The notes under the pieces are model-generated. The model did no database searches. It saw only the letters and a program-made list of their open reading frames with translations, and was not told the origin of the DNA. Shown here piece by piece: positions 9,469 through 17,753 of a DNA stretch of 64,000 nt. Position 1 is the first letter of the stretch; every line of letters begins with the position of its first letter. Both the position numbers and the translations under genes were made by a program. Source of the stretch: Candidatus Moranbacteria bacterium GW2011_GWC2_40_12 (GTDB lineage Bacteria; Patescibacteriota; Minisyncoccia; Moranbacterales; UBA11712); contig LBYD01000002.1 in the NCBI GenBank assembly GCA_000995965.1, forward strand, positions 7,889-71,888, given 5' to 3'.

Positions 9469-9496
9469 TACACCCGTAAACCAGTTTACGGGTGTA
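9469..9496. repeat. Palindrome TACACCCGTAAACCAGTTTACGGGTGTA
   Basis: 13-bp arms, no U-tract. Confidence 0.75.
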
Positions 9497-9625
9497 AATC
9501 TTCTTAATTTGAGGAAAGGTGTTATTTTTATCCCGCTTGACCAAGTCCCGGATATTTGGTTACCATAGGGGCACTTAACAAAAGCGTAAACCGACGCAAA
9601 AACATATTTTGGAGGATATCCGTTT

Positions 9626-10345
9626 ATGGCTAAAAAGGCAATCATGTCAGACGCGATGTTCACGGTCGTTCGTGCTCCTTTTGGAAGATGGGTGCTCTAT
9701 CGGGAACTCATATTCAATCTCACCGGCGTCCAGGCCGATCCGGCGATCATTGAACTGATTTACAAGAAAGAGCGCCAAGCCGCCGAAAGCAAGGGACAGG
9801 TGGCATTCCTTAAGTCCGGCGATTACCGCCGGCATTGGGGCGCGATCAACGCCAATCTTCTCCGACAACTTGATCCATCAATCAGCCAATTGGAAGCCCA
9901 AGAAATAGGTGAGCAAATTTTTTCGGAGGTGATGTTCAATCCGACAAATTATTTGCTGCAACACGAGCTTGAAGATTTCATCTTGGCCGCCCGGGAAAAG
10001 GATTACGCGCTGTATCTTGCCACCAATCAGGAGGTTGCCGGGATAAAACGGATTCTGGAATATTTCCAAATCAGACCTTATTTCAAGAACATTTTCGTCT
10101 CCGATGTGATTGGGTTCAAAAAACCTGATCCGCGCTTCTTCGAGCATTGCATCAAGGCAACCAAATGTTCTCCTGGCCACATCGCTTTTTTAGGAAACAA
10201 TCCCCGGAACGATATGGAGGGCGCCGCGGCCGGCGGAATTTCACATCGGTTCCTTTTTGATCCGGATGGGGAGCATTTGGATACCGAATGCGCTGTCAGC
10301 TATATTCAGATCAGGAGCCTATTGGAACTTTTCAGCCACTTCTAG
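9626..10345 (+). CDS. HAD-superfamily hydrolase, divergent motif I
   Basis: LATN, GFKKPDPRFF, LGNN..ND..GA...G motifs; GGAGG SD. Confidence 0.8.
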   Translation: MAKKAIMSDAMFTVVRAPFGRWVLYRELIFNLTGVQADPAIIELIYKKERQAAESKGQVAFLKSGDYRRHWGAINANLLRQLDPSISQLEAQEIGEQIFSEVMFNPTNYLLQHELEDFILAAREKDYALYLATNQEVAGIKRILEYFQIRPYFKNIFVSDVIGFKKPDPRFFEHCIKATKCSPGHIAFLGNNPRNDMEGAAAGGISHRFLFDPDGEHLDTECAVSYIQIRSLLELFSHF

Positions 10346-10359
10346 CACATCGCGCATTT

Positions 10360-10390
10360 GGGCGGACCTTCGGGACCGCCCTTTCATTTT
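10360..10390 (+). terminator. Intrinsic terminator
   Basis: GGGCGG..CCGCCC stem with TTCG loop and T-rich tail. Confidence 0.7.
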
Positions 10391-10481
10391 ATAAATTTCA
10401 ATTGCCCTTTTGCCTAATTTTTGATAGAGTATATGAAGTCAATTGAGGATCTTTTCCAATTCAAAAAGTTGACGGACTGAA

Positions 10482-10676
10482 ATGCCAAAAGGAGATAAAA
10501 AAGTTATGGTGGCCTTGGTTGTCATTATTTTTGTCTTTTTTATCATTCTCGGCCTTGTGTATCTTCTCGCAAGTCTTTATAACAAAGACCGGAATATCGT
10601 GGGCGGGGCGATTTTGATGTTGCTCTCGTGCGTCATTCTCCTCGCGCTTTTCCTCATTTCCGTCTATAACCGCTAA
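10482..10676 (+). CDS. Small 2-TM membrane protein
   Basis: Two hydrophobic helices; terminator-like hairpin follows. Confidence 0.6.
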   Translation: MPKGDKKVMVALVVIIFVFFIILGLVYLLASLYNKDRNIVGGAILMLLSCVILLALFLISVYNR

Positions 10677-10729
10677 TCGCTTTTAATCAGTAACCCCCTC
10701 GCGGGGTATTTTTTTCATTTTCCCAACTT

Positions 10730-10803
10730 AGCATTTTGCCACGGCCGTGGGAAAATGCTGAATGCGCGTTCTTGGCTTCGCTAAGGTTCGACATTAGTGA
10801 AGC
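10730..10803. repeat. Two adjacent REP-like palindromes
   Basis: AGCATTTTGCCACGGCCGTGGGAAAATGCT (10730-10759) and GCTTCGCTAAGGTTCGACATTAGTGAAGC (10775-10803). Confidence 0.65.
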
Positions 10804-10843
10804 TCTAGTGTTTCAAATAAAATACCAAAATTTTACTTTTAAC

Positions 10844-10872
10844 TTGACATAAATAAATTGAGGTACTAGAAT
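10844..10872 (+). promoter_or_regulatory. Sigma70 promoter
   Basis: TTGACA-17-TAGAAT. Confidence 0.7.
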
Positions 10873-10941
10873 TTCCTATCAACTTTTTAATGTTGATATT
10901 TACAGAAAACCCAATTTTGCCACGAGGGAGGGCATCGTATC

Positions 10942-11244
10942 ATGGAAAAGGATTATTTGCTGAACAGAGCATCGCTTTTCGCCATCGCGAATCGGGAGAA
11001 TCGGCCTTTGGGCTTCGGCTGTCCCGAAAGCGGTCTGTACATTTTCACCTACGTATTCACGACCAAAGAATCAGCTCAAAGGTACCTGGATAGTCGTGAT
11101 ACGAAGATCAAAGGGATCTGCTCCATCGTCGGTCCCTTCGGCAATTTCAAGGCGTTAATGGCGCACTTTGACTTCCGGGGAAGTGGGCACGGTTTTCGGT
11201 TTTTCGATGAAAAAGGACATGCTGTCCTCGAACACCATGCTTGA
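10942..11244 (+). CDS. Hypothetical protein
   Basis: GGGAGG SD, promoter upstream. Confidence 0.55.
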   Translation: MEKDYLLNRASLFAIANRENRPLGFGCPESGLYIFTYVFTTKESAQRYLDSRDTKIKGICSIVGPFGNFKALMAHFDFRGSGHGFRFFDEKGHAVLEHHA

Positions 11245-11273
11245 GGCGCAACAAATCACCATTCGGAAAAAAG

Positions 11274-11310
11274 GTGCGACCAGTCGAGGACGGTCCTCGA
11301 CTTAATCATT
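11274..11310. repeat. 37-bp element copy 1 (core AGTCGAGGACGGTCCTCGACT)
   Basis: Palindromic core; second copy at 14286-14322. Confidence 0.8.
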
Positions 11311-11527
11311 TTTGAATGTAACAAAAAATCCAAGTCTAAATAATCAGGAGGGAAAAGCAGCGTCAGGGTCAAATTCCAGCGCGGCCATGGAATCGCGATT
11401 GTTGAGATGCCCATCGCGGAAATCTCTTCGGGTGCGATTGCGAAACTGAGAAAGAAAATCTGATCTGCGACCATTTGAAAACGATCCTCAATTGAATCAG
11501 ACTGCCACTGCCCAGGAGGAATGGCTC

Positions 11528-11932
11528 ATGCCCGATAATGATTGGCCACCGATCCTTGAAGGAATCTTGGCGGAATTGAACTCGCCTGCCTGCACATCGC
11601 ATTACGTCGAGTTTGTCGCCTGCCTGTATGGCAAGCACCGGTCATTTTGTCCACCCGAGATTATCCCGAATATGATCGATTCCCTGCAAAAATCGATGAT
11701 TATCGCGCCCTTCCTGGAGGGTCTTGTCGATACGGCTGTTGGGAATCTCAAAATTCAGCTCAGGAAACATACGGGACCTGAACCGCCGGCTGAATGCCCG
11801 GATTGCGGCGGAAAACTGGAAAAGGCCACCGGGCACAGGGAAGTCATAAAAGGCGACCTTAAGTGCGTCGGCGATTGCAAGAAGTTCTTTTTCTTCGTCA
11901 TTGGCCAATTGAGGCCTGGCCACAATGATTAA
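11528..11932 (+). CDS. Hypothetical protein with C-terminal zinc ribbon
   Basis: CPDCGG...CVGDC; AGGAGG SD before ATG 11528. Confidence 0.6.
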   Translation: MPDNDWPPILEGILAELNSPACTSHYVEFVACLYGKHRSFCPPEIIPNMIDSLQKSMIIAPFLEGLVDTAVGNLKIQLRKHTGPEPPAECPDCGGKLEKATGHREVIKGDLKCVGDCKKFFFFVIGQLRPGHND

Positions 11933-12051
11933 GAGTTAGCTTCAAGCCTGGAGCAAACGGTTGCGGGAAATGCGCTTTCATAGGCGCTCCCCGCAACCGC
12001 TTTTTTATTTCGTTTCCGAGCTAATCTATCCCAACATTCAATGTTGGGATT

Positions 12052-12225
12052 TCATTTTTTGCTCCGAGCGTCTTTGATAAGCAATCCGCCCTTGACCCGT
12101 TGGATGGCCAGCTTCTGCCGCTCCCGCCAGCCGAGATCGCGGATGTGTTCTTTGGGCAGGACTACATACATACTCCCCCGCCCGGTTTTGGTGAGTTTTC
12201 TCACAACTTTTTCTTTTTTCGCCAT
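12052..12225 (-). CDS. AbrB/MazE/SpoVT-family DNA-binding protein, 57 aa (copy 1)
   Basis: Hand translation MAKKEKVVRKLTKTGRGSMYVVLPKEHIRDLGWRERQKLAIQRVKGGLLIKDARSKK; fits the RKL...G.S..V.LP....LGW swapped-hairpin pattern; absent from the ORF track. Confidence 0.85.
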   Translation of the reverse strand: MAKKEKVVRKLTKTGRGSMYVVLPKEHIRDLGWRERQKLAIQRVKGGLLIKDARSKK

Positions 12226-12250
12226 CGCTTTGCTTCTATATTTTTATTAA

Positions 12251-12272
12251 GTAACGTAGATCGCTACGTTAC
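12251..12272. promoter_or_regulatory. Palindromic operator candidate GTAACGTAGATCGCTACGTTAC
   Basis: About 25 bp upstream of the abrB-like start; conserved in copy 2. Confidence 0.55.
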
Positions 12273-12414
12273 CCATTTTATACCGCATAGCGTAAATCGG
12301 ACAAATGAAAATTGGGGTTGCTTTCCTCCTCGCGGTTTTTTTGTTTTGGAGTATAATAGAAATGACCCAAAAAACAGGAGGGAGGATCTGTTTTTTTGGT
12401 TAATCCCAAAATAT

Positions 12415-14238
12415 ATGCCCACCAAAACAACGCGCTACCGGAAATATTCTTTCCCCATCGCCTACGCCGGGATTTGCCCCGAAAAAGACGGTTTTTTTGC
12501 TGCTGTCCAAAACGGGAAAAAAGTTTCTGCGATTGAATTTGTGAAGTGCCCGACCAAAAAAATTGACCAGAAAATTTTCTCCTGGCTCCAGAAATTTGCC
12601 GCTAGAAATGAAATAAAAATCGTCGGCTGCGGACTGGCGATTGAAGAAGCTTCCAAAAAAATTGACGAGCTTACTTCCGACCTTTGGCTCAAGCAGGACA
12701 TCGTGCCCTATGTTTTCAACATCCAGTCAAAGAACTCGAAAAAGAAAGCGCGAAGCGCCGCCGCCGAAGTGGCAAAAAGATTCGGGCATGACCACATCGT
12801 TGATGTTTCTTTCGATCCGGAGCGGCGAGTCCGCACGGTGCGCCTGGCAAGCCTCGACGATTTCCGAAGAACAATCGGACGGGATGATTTTCAGGAACTT
12901 CGAAATTTGGCTGAAAAATTCAAGGCGCAGGAAGGAAGACTCTATTTTTTCAGCTCTACTCCCCGCGGAGGCGGAGTGGCCATCATGCGCCATGCTATAA
13001 TCAGGCTTTTTCGCCTTCTCGGAATTGACGCCAATTGGTATGTTTTGAGCTCAAAAAGAGAGGTTTTCGGAGTCACAAAGAGAAAAATTCACAATGTCCT
13101 TCAAAATGTGGCTCCGCCCGACACAAAATTTGCCTCGCGGGACAAAAAAATTCTTTCCGAGTGGTCGAAAAAGAACGCAAGGAATTTCGAACCGATATTC
13201 AAAAGAGCCAAAGTGATTGCCATTGATGATTACCAGCCCTCGGGAATGATTCCCTGTATCAAAAAAATAAATCCGAAAGCCAAAATTATCTACCGCTCCC
13301 ATATCCAGATTGAGGCCAGCCTGATAAAGAAAAAAGACACTATCCAAAGCGAAGTCTGGGGGCATCTTTGGAAAAATATCCGCTTCGCCGATGTTTTTGT
13401 GAGCCACCCGATTGAAAAATTCATTCCCTCGAACGTCCCCCGCCAGAAAACCGTCCTTATGGCCCCCTCGACCGACAAGTTGGACGGCCTCAACAAAAAA
13501 CTTTCACCAAGCCAGCTGAAATTCTATATCAATCTTTTCAATAAACAGTCTTTAGGCTCTCCGCTCGACATGAAAAGACCCTACGTCATCCAGATCGCCC
13601 GCTTTGACCCGTCAAAAGGAATTCAGGACGTCATTGAATCATACCGCAAACTCCGCAAAAAACTCGATGCCGCAAAAATTCCCAAAAAAAATATCCCCCA
13701 GCTCGTGATCGCCGGACACGGCTCGGTTGACGACCCGGAGGGAGATTTCATTTTCACTTCCACTCTGAATCTTCTTGAGATGGATACCTACAAAGATATT
13801 TCCCCTGACATCAAAGTTGCCAAAGTCCCTCATAGCGATCAGATTTTGAACGCGCTCCTCAGCGAAAGCCTCATCGTCCTTCAGCTTTCCCATAAAGAAG
13901 GTTTTGAGTTCAAAGTGACGGAAGCGCTTCACAAGGGAAAGCCGGTGGTGGCCTACCGTACAGGAGGAATTCCGCTCCAAGTTGAACATGGCATCAGCGG
14001 GTATCTTGTTAAAACCGGAAACACCAACCAGGTTGCCCGATATTTGTTCAAGCTTCTAATAGACAAAAAGAAATATCTTGAAATGTCCCGAAACGCCAAA
14101 GATCATCTCAAAAAAGATTTTTTTACCGCATCAAGCGCCGCCAAGTGGCTTTTTCTTGCAACTGAGCTTTTGGAAAAAGGAAAAATCAAAGGCAACCGGA
14201 AATTGGTCCGGGATCTGATGGCTAAGGCAAAAAAATGA
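12415..14238 (+). CDS. GT4 glycosyltransferase, trehalose synthase TreT / trehalose phosphorylase-like
   Basis: SSTPRGGGVA, TKRKIHNVLQ, IYRSHI, QIARFDPSKG, VDDPEG, EGFEFKVTEALHKG motifs; start taken as ATG 12415. Confidence 0.85.
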   Translation: MPTKTTRYRKYSFPIAYAGICPEKDGFFAAVQNGKKVSAIEFVKCPTKKIDQKIFSWLQKFAARNEIKIVGCGLAIEEASKKIDELTSDLWLKQDIVPYVFNIQSKNSKKKARSAAAEVAKRFGHDHIVDVSFDPERRVRTVRLASLDDFRRTIGRDDFQELRNLAEKFKAQEGRLYFFSSTPRGGGVAIMRHAIIRLFRLLGIDANWYVLSSKREVFGVTKRKIHNVLQNVAPPDTKFASRDKKILSEWSKKNARNFEPIFKRAKVIAIDDYQPSGMIPCIKKINPKAKIIYRSHIQIEASLIKKKDTIQSEVWGHLWKNIRFADVFVSHPIEKFIPSNVPRQKTVLMAPSTDKLDGLNKKLSPSQLKFYINLFNKQSLGSPLDMKRPYVIQIARFDPSKGIQDVIESYRKLRKKLDAAKIPKKNIPQLVIAGHGSVDDPEGDFIFTSTLNLLEMDTYKDISPDIKVAKVPHSDQILNALLSESLIVLQLSHKEGFEFKVTEALHKGKPVVAYRTGGIPLQVEHGISGYLVKTGNTNQVARYLFKLLIDKKKYLEMSRNAKDHLKKDFFTASSAAKWLFLATELLEKGKIKGNRKLVRDLMAKAKK

Positions 14239-14285
14239 GATTATAAGTAGTTTAGTTTGCTTTTTTCACTCTTAAAATAAAAATT

Positions 14286-14322
14286 GTGCGACCGGTCGAG
14301 GACGGTTCTCGACTGAGTCATT
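14286..14322. repeat. 37-bp element copy 2
   Basis: GTGCGACCGGTCGAGGACGGTTCTCGACTGAGTCATT. Confidence 0.8.
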
Positions 14323-14428
14323 AGGCCAGATTTCATATTTTCCCGCGGGCGGGAAACGGTGCAAACAAAAAAAAGCGGCGCACCCTTCCTTTGCAGGCCG
14401 GGTACGCCGATCGTAAAATGTTCATTGC

Positions 14429-16036
14429 CTAGTGGCCGAAGAAGCCGCGGCCTTTGCTGTCGGGGATCATATAGAGAACGATGCCTTTGTCCTGGCAATA
14501 TTTGATCACCTTTTTGTCCCTGACAGACCCGCTGGTGGTGAATACGGCTTTCACTCCCGCTCTCTCGAGGGCGATCACACCATCGGTCTCCGGGAAGAAG
14601 CTGTCACTCGCGGCTACGGCGCCCTGGATGTCGTGTTTGCAGCTTCTGGCCCTGGTGATGGCAAGCCGAGCGCCGTAAACCCGGGCCTGCTGGCCGACGC
14701 CGTCCCCGATGAGCATCTCGTCCTTGACCAACGTCACCGTATTGCTGTTGGAAGTGTGGCACACGGCTATGGCGAGGAGCAAATCGCTTTCCTGTACTGG
14801 AGTGGCCTGGCCATATTTTTTGAGTTCCGGATCATTGAAGTCAGGAACGTACAAATAATTCGGCTGGGTTGAGAACCCTCCTCTCAAATACCGAAACCGG
14901 GTAGCCGTGTCCAAGCTGCGCCGGTTTAGCTTCTCCAGGGCGGGATTCACCATCAGCCGGCACTTATCGCCCTTTCGCTTCAGCTGATCGATAGTATCGT
15001 CGTCAAAGGATGGAGCGACAATGCCGTCCAAAAGCCTCCGCGCGCCTTCCGGCATGCCGTGGGTCAAAATGGTTTCGGCAATCTCGGCGGTTACCGGAAA
15101 ATTGAGCATCAAAAACCCGCCGAAGATGGCCAGAGGATCTCCATCGACCACCCTCCAGATAACCGCCTCGGGACTGCCACTAAAAGCAGCTCCGCACGGG
15201 TTGCCGTGTTTCACGGCGACGGCTACGCGCGGCACTATGCCACGGTTCACGTCAAAGGAGGCCGCGATGTGGGTGATGGTCTGGACCAGCCTGTCAATGT
15301 CGCACCAATTGTTGGAACTGGGAGCGGTCCCGGCGACTAGTTCAAAACTGTCCACCGCCATGGGATCGCCTGATCCGGTCGTATATACAACGGCCGGAGT
15401 CTGGGAAGCGTTCTCGCCATATTTGCACATCGCGAACTGCTTGCCGAAAACGCCGTCGTATCCGCCACTGCTGTGGTATTGGGCGGAGGCCATGACGTAT
15501 TTGGCAACGGTGAATTCAGCCTTGGCGACCAGCTTGGTGATGAATGCCTCCCGGTCAGGTTCGCCGTCTTTCAGCCAACGGATCACCCTCTGGCGGTCAA
15601 ACGCGTCGCAGACAACGATCCGCCGGCCTTTGGCAGCCGAACGGAGCAGGGTCGGCCCCCCGATATCGGTTTTTTCGATGACCGACTCCGGGGTGCTTTC
15701 AGGACGGGCAATTTCCGATTGGAGAGGATACATGTCGTTGACCACCATGTCGATAAAGGGAATGGCTTCCGCTTCCAGCTCGGCTAAATCTTCCGCGATG
15801 GGCCTGGCCAGAAGTCCGGCGTGAATTTCCCGGGAAAGCGTAACCACGCGGTGACCAAGGATCGGTTTCCCGACCATCGTGGCAACGTCAGTCACCCCAA
15901 TTCCAGCCTCTCTGAGAACCTTGGCCGTTCCGCCGGACGAAAGAATCGTCCAGCCGAGAGCCACGAGCTCCCGGGCGAATTCCACGATCCCGGCCTTGTC
16001 GAAGACCGAAATCAACGCATACTTTGCTTTCTTCAT
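14429..16036 (-). CDS. purH: Bifunctional AICAR transformylase/IMP cyclohydrolase, divergent
   Basis: ALISVFDK, DIGGPTLLRSAAK, KYGEN, VKHGNPCG, GVGQQ.RV, ASDSFFP, GSVRD motifs. Confidence 0.93.
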   Translation of the reverse strand: MKKAKYALISVFDKAGIVEFARELVALGWTILSSGGTAKVLREAGIGVTDVATMVGKPILGHRVVTLSREIHAGLLARPIAEDLAELEAEAIPFIDMVVNDMYPLQSEIARPESTPESVIEKTDIGGPTLLRSAAKGRRIVVCDAFDRQRVIRWLKDGEPDREAFITKLVAKAEFTVAKYVMASAQYHSSGGYDGVFGKQFAMCKYGENASQTPAVVYTTGSGDPMAVDSFELVAGTAPSSNNWCDIDRLVQTITHIAASFDVNRGIVPRVAVAVKHGNPCGAAFSGSPEAVIWRVVDGDPLAIFGGFLMLNFPVTAEIAETILTHGMPEGARRLLDGIVAPSFDDDTIDQLKRKGDKCRLMVNPALEKLNRRSLDTATRFRYLRGGFSTQPNYLYVPDFNDPELKKYGQATPVQESDLLLAIAVCHTSNSNTVTLVKDEMLIGDGVGQQARVYGARLAITRARSCKHDIQGAVAASDSFFPETDGVIALERAGVKAVFTTSGSVRDKKVIKYCQDKGIVLYMIPDSKGRGFFGH

Positions 16037-16258
16037 AAGCCTTCTCCTTGAATTAGAATGGCCTGCTTCTATTTTACTCCTAAACCTCCTTTAGTCGAAT
16101 TTAACTGATTTTTAAAATTGCATCTGCCTGAAAAAGCAGTCCCTTATAGTAGCAGATGTTTATATTTAACCGCAAGCATGATGTCCCTCCTCCCCCAGCA
16201 CGCGGATGGAATAAAAAAAGCGCTCGAAGGACTCATACCAACATTCAATGTTGGGATT

Positions 16259-16432
16259 TCACTTCTTGCTCCGGGCGTCTTTGATGAGCAGTCCTCCCTT
16301 CACACGTTGGACGACCAGCTTCTGCCGCTCCCGCCAACCCAAGTCTCGAATATGCTCTTTCGGCAGCACGACATACATGCTCCCCCGTCCCGTTTTGGTA
16401 AGTTTCCGGATAATCTCTTCTTTTTTCGCCAT
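16259..16432 (-). CDS. AbrB/MazE/SpoVT-family DNA-binding protein, 57 aa (copy 2)
   Basis: Hand translation MAKKEEIIRKLTKTGRGSMYVVLPKEHIRDLGWRERQKLVVQRVKGGLLIKDARSKK; 5 aa differences from copy 1 but many synonymous changes. Confidence 0.85.
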   Translation of the reverse strand: MAKKEEIIRKLTKTGRGSMYVVLPKEHIRDLGWRERQKLVVQRVKGGLLIKDARSKK

Positions 16433-16457
16433 TGTTTTGATTTTATATTTTTACCAA

Positions 16458-16479
16458 GTAACGTAGATATCTACGTTAC
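16458..16479. promoter_or_regulatory. Perfect 22-bp palindrome GTAACGTAGATATCTACGTTAC, operator candidate
   Basis: Same position relative to the abrB-like gene as 12251-12272. Confidence 0.55.
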
Positions 16480-16634
16480 CCGCGTTACCCATATTATCCC
16501 GCAAAGCCGAAAATCGGGCAAATGAAATAACTCTTGATTATCCCCTCCCTCGCGGGGGTTTTTGTTTTGGGGTATAATTAAATCACAAATTTGCTGCGGA
16601 AGAACCGCCGCAGAATAATACTTCAAATAAACAG

Positions 16635-17741
16635 ATGAAAACAAAAAAAATCATTCTAGTTTTCTCGGCGATTGCGGCGGCAGTTTTTTTGTGCGGCGCT
16701 GATACAAAAAGTGCCGAAGCTAAAAAAACAAAGCGCAACTACAAAACTGCCAGTTTATTCAACGTTTCCGGCGACCAAACCAATGCCGACACAACAGCCG
16801 ATTACACGTTGTATGGATCACAATACCGGAACTTGTATCGGAAAATTTCCGTTCCGGGGCTCAAGATTTCCGATCCATTGCCTTTCCGAATATATGGACA
16901 AAGCAAAGCAGGAGCGCCGTATCCCGAAGGAAGTTGGGTAGCGAGTTCAAGTTATTCCATTGCCGACGGATATTTGTATCTTAAATATGGATACGGATAC
17001 GGCGGCCCAAATTGGTCTTATTATATTGGAAGCACCGGAGATTACCGGCTCTTCACTTATTATGGCGGAAAAAGCACGAAAAAAACCAAACGCCAATGCG
17101 CCCAAATTTTTGGTTTTTCGGTTTCCGGAGACGCCTCCAATGCCGACGCTTCAATTGTCTCCTCAAGCAGCAACCCGAACACGACCTTTCACTACCGAAA
17201 AATAGCCCTAAAGAATTTGAAATTGACAAACGTCCCCGACTACCAGATATACAAAAAGGACACGTATGATCCCGGATTGGGCAGTGAGTCATGGTCGCCG
17301 ACGAGCATCTATTTCTTTTCCGGCGGATATGGCTGGATTCTATATGGTTATTCCGGGAACGGACAATTCTATTCATCAAACACCGGGGATTTCCGTCTCT
17401 GTTTTCCCGAAAAAATCTCCAAAAAGAAAAGTTTCGCGAAACGCTATATTTTCTCCGTTTCCGGAGACGCGACGAATGCTGACGTTTCCCTTAATTCCGG
17501 GATGTTTACCCTCTATTATCGCAAAGTTTCTGTGCCAGGACTCAAAACCGACAATGAAATGAATATGCGCCTAATGAAAAAAAATAATTTCTTTTCAGGA
17601 TTTTCTGAAGAATCTTGGGGAGGCGCGGCTTATTATACGGATAACGGAGCGATTTATATCATGTATGGGAGCGAAGTTAATGCTACCGGCGTTTTCACTG
17701 ATACTGGAATCGGCAACTACCGTTTGTTTACTTATAAGTAA
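16635..17741 (+). CDS. Secreted protein with three tandem ~105-aa repeats
   Basis: Signal peptide; F.VSGD..NAD...YRK....LK...SW...YG...G.[YF]RL occurs three times. Confidence 0.85.
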   Translation: MKTKKIILVFSAIAAAVFLCGADTKSAEAKKTKRNYKTASLFNVSGDQTNADTTADYTLYGSQYRNLYRKISVPGLKISDPLPFRIYGQSKAGAPYPEGSWVASSSYSIADGYLYLKYGYGYGGPNWSYYIGSTGDYRLFTYYGGKSTKKTKRQCAQIFGFSVSGDASNADASIVSSSSNPNTTFHYRKIALKNLKLTNVPDYQIYKKDTYDPGLGSESWSPTSIYFFSGGYGWILYGYSGNGQFYSSNTGDFRLCFPEKISKKKSFAKRYIFSVSGDATNADVSLNSGMFTLYYRKVSVPGLKTDNEMNMRLMKKNNFFSGFSEESWGGAAYYTDNGAIYIMYGSEVNATGVFTDTGIGNYRLFTYK

Positions 17742-17753
17742 AATTTCAAAAAA

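Larger units (their letters stand above)
12028..12357. repeat. Duplicated module copy 1 (palindrome A - abrB-like gene - palindrome - divergent promoter)
   Basis: Collinear similarity to 16235-16578 over the whole length. Confidence 0.9.
16235..16578. repeat. Duplicated module copy 2
   Basis: Direct-orientation homolog of 12028-12357. Confidence 0.9.

Noticed and set aside
12041-12250. Plus-strand ORFs 12041-12250, 16248-16466, 16118-16525 and the 5' extension of 12100
   Set aside because: They are shadows of the minus-strand AbrB-like genes; synonymous conservation fits the minus frame
16037-16230. ZTP (pfl) or purine riboswitch upstream of purH (also checked upstream of purN)
   Set aside because: No recognisable consensus elements seen by eye
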